Shown here: positions 10,229-23,939 of the stretch, piece by piece
Layout: the number at the start of each line of letters is the position of its first letter
Numbering within the stretch: position 1 is the first letter of the stretch
Source: Neoechinorhynchus agilis
Lineage: Eukaryota; Animalia; Acanthocephala
NCBI GenBank assembly: GCA_051530055.1
Contig: CM121341.1
Span: 12,254,784-12,318,783 of the forward strand
Length of the DNA stretch: 64,000 bases
Direction: 5' to 3'
Program-made: the position numbers and the translations under genes
Notes under the pieces: model-generated
What the model saw: only the letters and a program-made list of their open reading frames with translations
Database searches by the model: none
Told to the model about the DNA's origin: nothing

Positions 10229-13158
10229 TCAACTCATTACTATCCTTCCGTTTAACCTTGATACGTTGCCAATCCGAGTTCCCGATTGTCGCCTTCTTAA
10301 CGTAATTGGCTGATGTGGTCTCATTTCCTCTAGATATGGATTACTGGACCTCGTGTGAAGAGAACATTGATTGACCAGTACATACATGGTTGCGAACATC
10401 ACTATCATGAACAATATAATCATCCACCAATACGTTCGGGCTAACCTCTTCAAAGTTGCGACATTCCGGTCGCTAAAGATCATTTTACCCAACATAATCA
10501 ACGGCCCTTCGTTCACAACTGCTCTGCAAACGTCAAACGCATCACAATATCCTTCATTATTGGCACACGAAGATCCTTTTCGAAGAACATAACCTGTTCC
10601 GTTAGCACTTAACTGAAAAGTGTCGTAACAAGAACTTGACGAGTTTGAGAATCGATATCTACATCCAAGATGGCACATTTGCTTCTTAACATCGATTGTC
10701 TTTGATTTGAGATCACCACTGAGTTGACACTGTTCCATTCCAAACAATGAACAAATGGATTGCGAGCATTCTCCATTACTACAAAGTCCAGTCTTATCAT
10801 TGCAAAATGTACCATCTTTTTTAAAGAAGTTCATATTTGTCGTCGGACACTGAGAGTTTTTCCCATCACAATAAACAGCTTCAAGGCAGCCTTTCTCTTG
10901 TCTCTGTTGGCATACAACCGAGCTTTGAAGCGGTTGGCAATTGGTGCCACAACATCGTCCCTGTGACTGACTACATTGGGCGGACGCCATCAGTTTGCAT
11001 CGTCGCTCAGGTGGAGCATTAGCCGGCTCACAACATCGATCGTTGACCTTATCACAATCCTCATCATATCCACAATCGCAATCTTCACCCGGCTCAGTTA
11101 TACGGTTTCCACAAAACTCTGCTGTGCATTTCTCAAGACAATTCGGTTTGTGAACTATTTCGCCTTTAACCATTAATACCACGATTTCGCCCATATCCAA
11201 TAAAGAACATGGAGAAAATTTGTTGCTGTTATCTTCGCCTGTGGACATTGCTTTAGAAAACATGAGATAATTTCCACCCTTTGAAGCAGACGGTGCGCAG
11301 ATTCCTGTTTCTGGATCATGTTCTGCGCCGAGGTTGTGTGCGACTTCGTGTGTAAAAGTGAGTTCCATCATTCTGCGAGAAACTCGAGTGCCATAGTTAA
11401 CTGTTGTTACGATTCCTCCATTATAACCGCGGAATCCGTCTTGACTTGATGATCGATCGCATATTCCTCCAACATTGTGGGATTCGGTTTTTCCAGCCCA
11501 TGCCAAACCAAGTGTACCGCCGTCAAAGTCACGAGCTGTGAAGGTGTAAGCCAAACAGTACTCGCTGAAGTCTTGTCGTGAATGGGCTGTCAAGAATGAT
11601 AGAACATCCAAGTATGGCTCACAAAGACGAGATCTGTCTTGTGAAACACAATCACTGGGTAACATTATTTTTGTTCGTTTAATTTGCAATTGGAAGCCTC
11701 TGTATCCGATATTGTTGTGAAAAAAATCAACCTCTCGATAGATCTCATTTGCAGCTTCGACGGTCTTATGCGACAGATGAATTTGATTCAATACATATTT
11801 TAGAAATCGATTAGCAAAATCTGCATGAAACACAAAAGAGATTGCCGGGCGATTTCGAGACTATAGAACTCGAGTCGATTAGTTGTGTATATTTACCAGA
11901 GAAGATGAACTAAACCCCATCAAAAATAAAAGGGTTTAAGTGGTTGATTAATGAAATCGATTTGCGCATTTCGATTACCTGATCCTCCATTTAAATGTGA
12001 TAAGCTACAATGATAGATATGAGCAATGAAGACACCTGTTAATATTGTGAGCGTGTGGAAATGAGTAAAACCTAAGTATACTTAAAGACATTCTGAAAAT
12101 GTTAATACCGAGGAAGATTACGACACGGCAACAATCAGCTTGGAAGTAACGGTATATGTAAATGAACCGGATGATTATCGACAATTCCCTTATGCTAGAT
12201 CCCAAGCTCCTCAAAACGAGTAAACAACCAACGGATCGTCCATAAAAACGACGCATACAGAAGCGATTAGATTTGCTGAGACATAAAATTGATTTTCTAA
12301 ATTACAAAACGTTAAGACGAAACTATTGGGGTTGCAGTCCATAAGCGGTAAATGGTCATTATGCTACTAAGTGTGGCAGTCCGAATTTCGAAGAAGACCG
12401 CTTACCCGCGCAACTCATCTCTCGTTCATATGGAAAAGATCGAGAATTGCCATCTCTGTAAGTCGAACGTCTCTTTGTCCTTCATTTCTATATATATCAT
12501 TCCAAAGAGCGATATCTGATCGGATATAAATATGACAACACGATTTGCCTTTGGGCCAATCAAAACTCGATTTGACAGCCCTCGAGACTCGTCTGCTAAC
12601 CGGCCTAACCAAACCATATTTTTCTTGACTGATAAAATCAAAAGTGCCATTAATGCGACGTACGTCTTTAAGGCTGTATACAGCTAGCTCGGTAGATTCT
12701 GGATATCCGAATCGCGATAAGGGTTCAATTGAGAAAGTAGTTTGATTTCCGAAAGTGACATCGCCATCGAATCTATGTTTGCCTATCAGAGATCCTTTAA
12801 CCTTTGAATTAGGATGACCTTGAGCAGATAAGTAGAATTAAAAATGTGACCATGGCACTACGAACCATGCACTTTTCCTTCTATGATCCACCCATCCGAC
12901 TGATTTGGTATTAAAGGACGAATGCTATGACAAGAAATGACAAGAGCATCTTCGGTACCGACGAATTTGATGACGAATGGATTATAAGTGGAGAGTGGAT
13001 AAGATTGCTTCGAAACGACGGCCCTGCGGTATTTACTGACTATATCTAAATCGAAAAAAGGTTGATGATAATCGAACGCGAGTTAGCAAACCGTTTATTG
13101 AGCAATCGAGTGATCCAGTATAAAAAATGATTACACAAATAGTCATTTGGACATACAT
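10229..13158 (-). CDS. ADAM10: ADAM10/kuzbanian-like metalloprotease-disintegrin (multi-exon)
   Basis: Zinc motif HEVAHNLGAEHD, Met-turn, disintegrin FCGNRITEPGEDCDCG, Cys-rich region, TM helix and HTRSSNP tail in ORF 10229-11833. Upstream exons give a signal peptide, prodomain (GHPNSKVKGSLI..FSIEP) and RRVSRAV..KSCCHIYIRSD. The junction near 12420 is unresolved. Confidence 0.88.
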
Positions 13159-14136
13159 TGGGTTGATTTCGTTCTTCTCTAAAGGGGCTATAAGAAATAC
13201 ATGAAAGTGAGACTGATGTGCTTATGATGCAGAAAGGCAACGTGCTCTGATGGAGGCGGAGGAGGAGGAAGCACGATGCCCACGATCCGATGCAAGTGAT
13301 GAAATTACTTAGAAGGAAAAAGTGTTTTTGAGATTAGTCTTTGGTCACTTCTCAAATTTTAAAATCTTAATTGCGGAGTTTGGAAAACGGTTTAGGGACT
13401 GAGTTGTAGTTCAGGGGGGGATTTTGTTATGCCTGAAGGAAAGCGGAAGAGAGTCTGAAAAGTGAAGACTGACACCACGCCCATTCTAGGAGTTGCAGAG
13501 ATTGAAAGCACTTTAATTATGAAAAGAGTTTAAATCGCCTTTTTTACTACATTTGGAAAATTTCCTGTTTGTTTCTGTTCTTGTGCAAAATTTATATCGG
13601 TTTTTGTGAAGATTTTAGTATCCTTACCTATCTTTTAGACCTGAGGAAGTCCGACGATACGGGCCACCAAACAAAGTATATAAATGTGAAATGACGACAA
13701 TTTCCTCATGAAATATCGGTGTCAATCGATTTTTTCGAAATTCTAACTAATTCAGTTTTGTAACAATTCGAATCAAACTATGTAGTCGAATCAGGGGCTG
13801 GCGGGCTTATTTATCGGTTTTATGAATCTATGGCAGTTTTCTATTAAAGAAATTTATGGATGGGAATCAAATTAAATTTGATTGATGACTGTTTTAAACC
13901 TGGAGGCTGATAATGCCGCGTTTACTGTATCTACGTTCAATATCAATAAAAAAATAGATATGATAACAAAATGTGATATTGATCGATCGCTATTTTTTTA
14001 GGTAAGCATTCAAGCTTACCGTGGAACGATCGCTTGCTTTGGGTAATCCACTGTTTTTGATTGGGTGTTCTTATGGATTAGCCATTCAAAGCACTCTAAA
14101 TGGGGTAAACAATTCTCAAGAGCCAAGTTCGAAACT

Positions 14137-14303
14137 ATAGACTTATTGTTTAGAAGTCTCCACCCGATAAATAATTTTTTTATTAAAAACGTTTTGAACC
14201 TCGTCGGGTTCATCATCAGTTTGTTAGTTATTATGATGAACCCGACGAGGTTCGAAACGTTTTAAAAAATATTTACCTGCTGAACACCTAAACAATAAGC
14301 CTA
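14137..14303. mobile_element. Palindromic double-hammerhead element (family 1), both cores mutated
   Basis: Inverted arms around ATGATGAACCCGACGAGGTTC. The minus arm has AAAA in place of GAAA; the plus arm has lost CTG. Confidence 0.7.
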
Positions 14304-16206
14304 ATCATATTACACCGGTACCTCCTCAAATATCGACAACGAATTAACTTGTTTAATTTCGGCTGCTTCTCACAGTTAAAACTATTTAAGGGTTAAGTAA
14401 ATTTTATAAATTCGAATTAAAATACGCCTGCTTCATAAAACAATCTTCTTCGTTAGTGAGTCAGTCGAAATTATCATTGGAAATCAATAGTATTGAAACA
14501 TTGTATTCAGCCAGAGGTTATTTCTGTACTTCCTGAATTAAAAATCTTTGGCCAAACGGATTAGATTTTACATACCGGTAATGTTTAAGCGTTAATATTA
14601 GTACCCATAAATTGCGAAAAGGACAATTTGAGTCGGCAGTATTTTTTATCCGATTTTAAGGCAGAAAAGGTTAGTGAAATAAATCTCCATAAAACTTAAA
14701 TCGGGTACATGGTGGAAAAAGCTCGCTATTATACAAAAGTGGATCAACTTTAAAATCGATAGTTAATGATCCATGCTACCGTAAGAGACTGTTAACAATC
14801 CTTTGAATGTTTCAAGTGCCACCAGAAGATCGAAATAGTTTAATCTAGGTGGGATATGAATCCGTCGCTGGATTATTAGTAGATATTGTTAACGTTGACG
14901 AACAAAACCATCAATTCATGACATTAAAGAGCGACTTACTCTTTTAATTTTAAAAACCCCTATCGCGGCAGTTCGATGGAGCTGGCAAGAAGGCAGTCTA
15001 TGATGGCATTAAATAGCTTCGATTCCTTTAGAAAACAAATGTAAATTCTATTGTATGTCTATTTTGCCAGTTATTTTTTTCTTTAAGTGTTGTGAACATT
15101 CCCCTTACACGGTTGATAATTTTATTGTTTGGGCGCACAACATAACGATATGTGCCGGGGAACTGATTGAATCATTTCAACTCTGAACCACACGAATCCG
15201 AAAACCCGAATCCCTGTTTCAGGGTCAAAAGGGTTCAAAAATCACTATCGCTTATGGCTCATAACGAAAGAGAGGAAAATCACTTGTGAGTCTCCTTCTC
15301 GGGAGGTACCTGAGGATCCGGAGGAATGTACAAACTCATAACTGTGCGGTTCAGGGTATTGAGTTATTTTATGCGCTTCCCTGATCCAGATCGGTGGCAG
15401 TGTGCTCAAATTTCCAAACACCCAAAGCTTCAGGGATCGGTGTTTAGCATTGGACTTTTAAAAGAGTTTGAAAGCATAATTTTAGTTTGATGTTGGCTCG
15501 ACTAAGAGTTTCGTCAAAATAACCGGGTTCTACTTTCAGTTCGAAACGCTCTTTGTTAACACTTTTTTAATTATGCTGAAGGCAAAGGCGCACTTCGTGA
15601 TTGTTATCTTCGTATTGCTGAACAAAATTACTGCTTTACGAATTTAAATATTGCAAAATAACCTTATTAAAGGGTATTCTACATTTTCATTTAAGGGCTC
15701 CGTTTCTGTAAACTCGCTAAATTAAAAAAACGTTTGGTCAACAAAGTTGATTTCGTAGCTTAAATACCCATCGTCGTTTCTCTAGGATATATGCAAGATA
15801 TCGATATCCACATAAAATTTACCTCAGTTGTGATTATTGACTAATATCATTCAATCACGTTCTTAATTTTTTAATTGATTTCCTCTTTTTCGTTGTATAT
15901 TAAGACGTATGAGTTTTTAAGGGCCATCTAAAAATAAGAATAATGAACACATCGCTTTCTTTTTTTGTTCGATGCGAATTTTCCATGCGACAGTGTTGAT
16001 GGTTCAAGGCAAATATGATAAAGTAAACACTTTTAGAATAAACCTATTTGATAGATTGTAAGTGCGAAGAGTATAAAACGATGCTAGACAGAGGCGCCTT
16101 TGTGTATTTTTGCCTTATTCAAGGACCTACTTTTATTTCGTTAAAAGTCGTCAATAGTGGATACGTGATTATTGCATTTGAAATTAAATTGTACTGAAAA
16201 AGCGCC

Positions 16207-16695
16207 ATCTATTAATATTATTGCATGTTGTGTTGCGATTGGTTCGAACAAGTCTCATTTTCCAAAACAAAAATTATCGCTTAAGCAAGCTCTTGGTTCT
16301 ACAAAATATAGAAGTTTGTCAATTTTCATATGCGGAAAGTTTCTCAGATTTTCAAATATGCATGGATTATAACACATTTCGTCCTTTTATGCATCGTGCA
16401 TTTTGAAATCAAAGTCAATCACTCATATAAGATCACAGATAGAAAAATCCTTCAGGGTGATAGAATTCGACCTGTGGTAAACATAATCCCGGGCATGACT
16501 TAATTGAATTGTTGTTTAGGTCTACACCCGGTAAATGATTATTTATTAAAGACGTTTCGAGCCTCGTCGGGTTCATCATCAGTTTGTTTGTTAGTAGCGT
16601 CTTTTACTAACAAACTGGTGATGAACCCGACGAGGTTCGCATAACGTCTTTAATAAACAATCGTTTACCGGGAGTAGACCTAGACAATAATTCCA
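16207..16695. mobile_element. ~490 bp repeat with palindromic double-hammerhead module, copy 2
   Basis: Near-identical to 4202-4690. Confidence 0.75.
16548..16585 (-). ncRNA. Minimal type-I hammerhead ribozyme motif (family 1)
   Basis: aaa-CTGATGA-T-GAACC-cgacga-GGCTC-GAAA-CGTC-ttt. Confidence 0.65.
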
Positions 16696-16787
16696 ATCAC
16701 ATTCCCCGGTACATCACATATCGACATGACTTAATTGATTTATTAATTTATCATGCTTTATTATACATTCCAATATTAACTATGCAA

Positions 16788-19700
16788 TCACCACCGTCCG
16801 CAAAATCCGCAGGAATACACCTGTTCGTGCGTCACCCGTCGTTTCTCTCAATTTCTTCGAGAGATCCTGGAGCAGAGTGAGTGACGAGCTGCCAAGCGCT
16901 CTATACATCTCTACTCCGAAGGGGACGAAATAGTAGGTCCTTGCTAATTATCTATATTTTCGTACCTTCCTGCCTTCCGCTGCACTGGCTACACCTCCAG
17001 GGGTTTCGAGTGAGTAGGGAATGTTGATTACTGCGAGGGTGCCCACAAACGTGGCGTCCCATAGAAGGCATTTGCCCTCCCGCCACGGAAAGACCGAAAT
17101 TCCGTCAGGTCGACGACCGTCTAGTCGACAAAGATGGGCGGTTCCAAAATGTTGGGGAAGTTCGCAGTTCTCAGCGCCCGAGAAATTACGCGATTGATCT
17201 CAGAATGGCGTGAAAACCTTCCCCCGGACTTTCGGCAAGCGAGACCGTGTCGCCCCAAAGCATCAACCAAAGACCCACATCGACAGCGATGGGGTGTGCA
17301 TATCGGGAGACCAAGTCTTAAGGACACTGCGATTCTCGTTACCTCATCAGTGAGAAGAGTTCCCACAGATGCCAGAGCAACAGCATCCAACAACGCCCCG
17401 ATTCTCGTGTCGAAGCTGCCAACAATCTAGCTCGGACGACCCCATCGCGAGTACCTGAAAGTTGAGAGCTGTGAGCTCTCGCGACGAGAGGTCTGTCCCA
17501 GATAGACTATCTGAAGCCATTCAAGGGAACATGGTTAGCGCCTGTCTGCTTGCACCATTCTTCAACTGCCACCACAAAGTCTTGGTTAAGACAAAACTTT
17601 CCTCTCAGAATTTTCTTCACTATTGGTTGACCCCCTAATACGATCCAAGAAAGGCTGGCAAGGCAAGGTCTACTAGCACCCGAAGGCAAAATCCCAGAGA
17701 TGACACAGGCATTGAAGCTTGTCGCCACGCCTCATCTGAGAGCTGGACATTTAAAATACACTCGATACAAGCCTTCACCTTGCCGTCGAGCTTAGCCAAT
17801 CCTTCCTTATGTTTGAAGCATGTTGCTGTGCGGTCCTTATATAATAATTTGGGGATAAAGAGTGAGTTCTTTATCAGAGATAACGCTTCGTGAACCGAGA
17901 GAGCGCTCACCTTATCGCACAGCAACGAAAGTTTTGGTATGATACGGATGATCTCAGCTTCCACATTTGAATCAAAGACGCAACTGCCCAGGAGGCTGAG
18001 TTGCTCTGGAGTCACGAGTTTCAGACCTGGAGCTACGGCCCGAACCCATCCATTAGCTCCTTTTCTTTGGCGACGTCTTCGAAATTTAATAAAAGAATCT
18101 CACACTTTCCAGCATTGAGCTCAATGCCCATTCTCGAGGTCTCCCTAATCAGCGTCTCCAAATCGCGCAGTACAACGGAGGGATCATCTCCGAGCGTAGC
18201 GTCATCCAAGTACCAAGCGTTGAAGCTGGAATGTGGAGAGCGCGCTATTGAATTTACTGTTAGGGAGAATGCGATTTGACCGAGAGGACCTCCTTGCTGC
18301 ACTCCTCCTTTGGACCAAATGAAGTGGTCTTCGAAAAGCAAAGGAGTTGCGGTCCCGTAGACATTGAGAAAATACTGGAAGGCTTCTGGTGCGTGATCCC
18401 TAATTGCGCAGAACATGCTTTCTCTATTGAGAGAGTTATAGGCATTCTGAAAATCGCACTTAAGAATCACGCATGGCTCTGAACTCCTCGTAGTAAAGTT
18501 GCGGAGCGTGTGGACAATTTCTTCCGCTCCGCAGGATGTGAAGCAGCCCAGATGGACTGGGCGAATTCGCTGCCCGTTTTTCTCTGTGATACGTTTAGAG
18601 AGATTTTTCCTGCAAGTCGGTGTATCGTCAAAGATACGGCGATGGGTCGAATCCCACCTTCTTTTTTTGTGAGGGCACATAATGATGCTCCGAAAAATAG
18701 GTCTTTTGCACGGTCGACTAACCGAGAAAGCGCACTTTCATAAGAGAGCTGCTTCACCAGCTGTAAAGGAAATCGTGTCCTTTAGGTGCAAAGGCCTTAG
18801 CCCGTCGAGCCCATGGCCCGATCCATTTGCAAAAGATGAGATGGTCTTTTTTAATTCTGAAATTTGAGTGGGTGTCCTGTCTTGTATGGGAGGAGGTACG
18901 ATTTCAAAACCGCCATGACTGCATTGGTGTTTTAACCGGAGTATTTGTGGTGTCGCGTTGTCTCTTTGTGCAAAACTGTCGGAGGATGACAATAACCGAA
19001 CAGCCCCCGAACATCTCCGTCCGCAAGCTTCGAAGCAACACATTCAGTCACGGATCGCTTTGAAAAACGGCAACGAAACCCTTCGTTCGTGCGTCCCTTA
19101 CGAACCTCGCGAAATTTCATTTCGAAATTGTTAAATATATGTTCGAAGGAGGTCACCCTATCTTTGATTGTTGATGTCAAAGACACCCCAGAATCATCAC
19201 TGGTGCAAAGGACTAAGCGCGGGAATGCGAAGAGCCGTGTCCATGATAGTGTACAGCTCTTTTGGAAGCAATCGTTGAGCAATCCCGTAAATGCTTTGGC
19301 GACCTGATATCGTGCGCCCTTTGGAATCCGTTTCATGACGTTCCTGGGCAGAACCCGCACGATATCAGGTAATGAAATAGAGTCCGTGGTGATCTAAGAG
19401 GTCCCATGCATAAACAGATCGGTTGATTGTGGTGGAGAACCAGACACCGCTACAGCGGAGATCCCGGAGACCATGGGCAAACAAAAACCCCAAATTGGTT
19501 AATTTAAAAGATTTACCGCAAACCGAACACACCAGTAGAGACGCGTGGGAGCCTGGCAGCGTTGGTATTCTCAGGTTGAGCGCGATCGATAAGTGGCGCG
19601 TTCAAGGTGTCTGCGTCAGTGATTTGATGAATATAATTTAGGCCTGGTGTCCCGGTAGTCTTGGGCGTTTCCTTGGTCTTTTCACTTGGCTAATTTTGGA

Positions 19701-19980
19701 CGGGCAAATTTCCGTCTTCATATTATTGTCTAGCGTCCAGGTTCCGGGCGAAGCAAGGGGACTGCATCGGTGTCTTCGGTGGTGGAGGCAGAATCGGTGA
19801 TGGAGGCGGATTTATTGATTCGAAATATTTCGCAATCTTAAAAGGTATTTTCCAGATTATGTATTCATCGCCATACCAGAAGTCCGGGGGAGATGTATCC
19901 GCTCCCTGCGCTGTGTTGCGTTTTCCATTGATTTTTAACAGGTCGCTGGACGGTTGTTTTAAGCTTAAGTTTTGTTTCAT
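16788..19980 (-). mobile_element. Near full-length but frameshifted CRE-clade non-LTR retrotransposon (Zn finger-RT-CCHC-RLE)
   Basis: In order: CSVCGKSFKLTNLGFLFAHG Zn finger, KRIPKGAR, GGIRPIAV, CDFQNAYNSLNR, GVQQGGPLG, WYLDD, CRCGSLVDALGRHGLAC, RPDG..W..GKCLLWDAT, YFVPFGVE. Split over many frames. Confidence 0.92.
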
Positions 19981-20089
19981 TCTATAGTGTTGGACACAGC
20001 GATATGTAAGGCTTCCAAAACAAGACGTTTTTTTAGGTTTTGCTCTATTTCTACAAAATAAGTGTCACCGAAGTCAGCGCGATGTTAAA

Positions 20090-20310
20090 AGGTCTCTTAA
20101 TGATTCGAAATGGCAGAGGGATGCCCGAATCGGCTGGCCGATGATGAGGCATAAAATCTCTGCGGTCACTATGTATTTCAGAAGAGCATCCTTGATCTCA
20201 TCCACTCGAGTTATGTGGAGTAATGAAAGGAAGAAGTTAGTCTAGAAGCTGAAAATGAAGGGATATCCTCGTAGTTCATAGACCGCGGAATCCTGCAGAG
20301 CCTGCGTTTT
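20090..20310 (+). mobile_element. Second Penelope-like RT C-terminal remnant
   Basis: Reads HKISAVTMYFRRASLISSTRVMWSNERKKLV*KLKMKGYP, the same motif class as 5735-6040. Confidence 0.5.
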
Positions 20311-21956
20311 TGAAATCAGTGCATTTCATCATTGATGAGACTAATCAAATGATCTACTCTATTGTGAGTAAGAAGTTTAGAATTCGCCTTTATGGGTAAA
20401 ACTGACCCGACTCATTTCGTTCAAAGTATGCACGATTAACAAATGTTAGAAACGGATCAAATACTTTATAAAATCCAAATGCCAATGTACTCTTCTCAAG
20501 TAACAAAAACACGATCGCCAGCTTGTTCTTTTCATATCTATGTTTTTTTAATAAAACATCTGAACTCTTTTTTATGATCTGAATCAAAGTCGTGATCTTT
20601 GCGGTCTTTTGTGCGGCAGTTCAGAATGAAATTGTCTTGATTAAATTACATTCCGGAGAAGGTACAAACCCGTAGCACAAAATCTTTAATGATGTGGATG
20701 CTGCCCGCAGGTTAGCGTTTTGCTCGATTTTTACACCTACGGCAACGTTGTAATTATGATTTTCATAGTGCAACCATCTCAAAGTCAATTCTGTTAGCGG
20801 TTAAATCACTGAATAAAACCCGTCGTCTTACAGTCAATGGATTGAGTGTATCAGACGGATTTTTTATCTTTAAAAATTATTCCGCTGAGCAGTTCTTATT
20901 CACTTTTAGCATTTTCTCTCCAATCGCGCTTAGAACGTAATTAGTGGAAAATTCTTGGTTATACCGTCTGCAATCATTCACCCTTAAATAACAACGCACA
21001 CAATGATCGAGTCAATAACTTTGATCTTAAATTTTTGTTGGCCATCGAACTTCAGTTATCCTTGAACGCATGAATCATTTTCTAGAAAGATCCGGAAATC
21101 TTCATGAACCGAAGAAAAGATTTTTTTAAGATTTTCAGTTTCTTTACACTTTTAGTCTGTGTATTTTCGTTGCTTAAACCAGTTAGAGACCATTATTTAA
21201 GAGTAAATTTAAGAAATCGTAGTAGGATCAGTGAATTACAATTGAAGAATGAGCGTAAATGGCGTATAGATTATACTGTATAATCATGAAACCAACTTAA
21301 ATTTTTCTTATTCCACGGATCTTTCTTTAAGCTCCAGTCTATCACAACAAATCGTCGTAGTTTGTTCTTTTAATAGACTTTCCTTACGTTTGATTCAATG
21401 CGATTTAGCAATTTAGTTTGATTGTTTGTTTTCTAGGTGACACGGTGTTATTATTCGAAATTGGTCGTGAATTTCTATAAACTAATAAAATTATGGGCGT
21501 TGTTGATTTGAGCGGAATTTAGTTTTACACCAGTATTGAATTCTTGTAAACTGAACTTTTTCAGGAAAACGCGATTGGCAAAAAATGTAGAATCTTCAAT
21601 TTAATAGCCGCTAAAGACGGCAGACGCCATGAAAGGACATAAATCATCGTCAAACAAGACAGTTTACTCAAAAGGCGAACGATAGAGGCCACTATGGATA
21701 GCCTTTTGTATTTAAAAGAATTATAGTTTAAATTAACTTTTTGAATTGTTTTTGTTGGTTATCAATCGATTGAAAAACGCGCAGTTTTGGCGCTAAATTT
21801 TTATGATTTGAAAACAACCATTTTCACAAAGACGATTCCGCGATGATAGTCTATTTGCTTATAGCAATCACAATTACTTTCCGCACTTCACTGGAAAAAC
21901 AAAATGAAATTAATGAAATGAAAATTCATGTATTATTTGCTTCGTTTTTACGCCAG

Positions 21957-23939
21957 CAAGATGGAATAATAGGAATTAGAGAAAATTTGCCTATCGGAAT
22001 CTATCTTGGCTCAATACACATCCTTACGAACGACAAAATATCAACTGAACCTCGATGGCGGTTTCATCTTTCAAACAGCGATTTTCTTGTTCGTCAGTAA
22101 TTCTCACAACTTGATAATGGTGAATTTATGACTGATGGTATGTTAAAATCTTACATTGAGCATAATTTGGAGGATTTACGAAATTAGTTGGTTTCGATCC
22201 GTTGTCTCTTAACCTAAAGGATTCCAAACTAAATTTTACCCTGTGGGCTCAAAAATTACATGGGTTAAGACGTAGTTTTCGAGTAATCTCGAGTCCGGGC
22301 ATTCGGAAAGAGATGAAAAATATCGTAGTTTATATCATACTGAGCAAAAATGCGTCTTAAAAGTACTTTAATATTGTTAAGAAATAAAAAGCGTCAATGC
22401 TCTCCGGGTACCATTTTATATATACGATGCCAAAGCCACTCATGCAGGTCAAATCGAAATTTAACCGAAGTTTATGCTGAAGAACATTTTGTTAAAGAAA
22501 GGGCAAAATGATCGAACCAGCCCATTAGCATTTTAATCCTTCCGAAATCCCAGTGAGCAACAGTATCTTATTGCAACGCTAATGCTTTAATCTAATACTG
22601 CGTGCATATAAAAGCAAGATCGAAAAAGCCTGAATAATTTTGAAGATTGAATGATGGTGAACATAATCCCCCGATTAAAGATTCCTTTATTATTGGGAAA
22701 TATTTCGAAAGAGGAAACCTCGCCTCACCAGTCATTGTTTCGCAAGTTTGTTGCTTCAACGTGAGTCTTTAACCGGGATTATAATCACCACCATTCAATA
22801 TTTACCATCCCGAAGGATCTTCTATATATGATTTTGGAGACCGGTTCCCGTATAAATATGAACCTCTTATACTACAAGGTCAGTAATTTAGTGTAATTTT
22901 TAAATCTAATGTCTACTTTTCTTCTTGTTTTCTGAAATCAGTTTTCATTACAAATTACCGTCAGGGTGAGCTTCAAAAAAAGACATTTGGCAATGACGTT
23001 GTAAGAATCGCTGTGATATATCCAATTTTCTCATACACATGGTCCTTGAACCTGAACACTCACTTAGACCGAGAATCAAAACCATTCCACAATGTCACAA
23101 TTTATGCCGCCCGAGTATTTGAACGACAAACTCCTGTCGTGCTTGAACGAGAAATCGTTGTTAAAGTCCTGGACTCAAACGATAATAGCCCTCGATTTGA
23201 TAAACCAGTTTACCGTGTTACACTGAACAAAGTCATCGCTAATGATCAGGATGGAAGCGACGTGTTTGTTTCACAAGTATCAGCAACGGATCTTGACGAC
23301 GGAGCCAATAGTAAACTAATGTACTTTATTGAGAACTACAAAGACTTATTCAAAGTGGATAAATATAGCGGCAGTGTGTTTTACCGCAAAGCGATATTTC
23401 TTAGAGCGATCGAACAAAATCCTCGGAGTAGATTTGATATTGTCATCCGTGCTCAGGACTTGGCAAAGCGTGGTTCAGAAAGATCAGGATTATGCGTACT
23501 TAGGCTCTATGTGGATATCAGTGATAAATATGGGCAACAGATTAAACACAGTGGCTCAACCGCATTCCTCTTCTATGCAATGACTGTATTATTCATCATG
23601 ATCCTTCTTTTTCTTATTTTGTATTTGCTAAGGACTGCGTATCCATGGCTTAACTTCAATTTCTTTAAACGCAAACCGCATAGAAATTACAACACTTATT
23701 TCGGGTCTCAAAATCTTAATCGGAGAAAATCAAAAATGTTTGGAAGCACCTCAGTATCTCCAGGATTCGTTGGATGTAGATGTGAGTTGCGAAAGAGTAG
23801 AAGAGTTTTTGATTTTATTCCGAAGATATATGCTATGATTACTCAACCGTGTTCAACCGAGTGGGATATAAGTAGAAATTATGGAACAAAGGTTTGTAAA
23901 CTTCTTTTTACCAACGGGAGAAATTATTGCATGCTTTAA
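21957..23939 (+). CDS. Cadherin/protocadherin-like membrane protein (partial model; main exon from ~22965)
   Basis: Cadherin motifs LDRE, DSNDNSPRF, VSATDLDDGANSKLMY, AQD, followed by a TM helix. Upstream exon ENLPIGIYLGSI. An open frame at 24485-24755 may be the last exon. Confidence 0.78.

Noticed and set aside
13636-13672. CCTGAGGA-A-GTCCG..CGGGC hammerhead-like motif
   Set aside because: No GAAA after the stem and no stem III.
16700-20060. CRE insertion into an SL RNA or snRNA gene
   Set aside because: No recognisable SL, snRNA, 5S or rRNA sequence flanks any CRE copy, and the flanks differ between copies.
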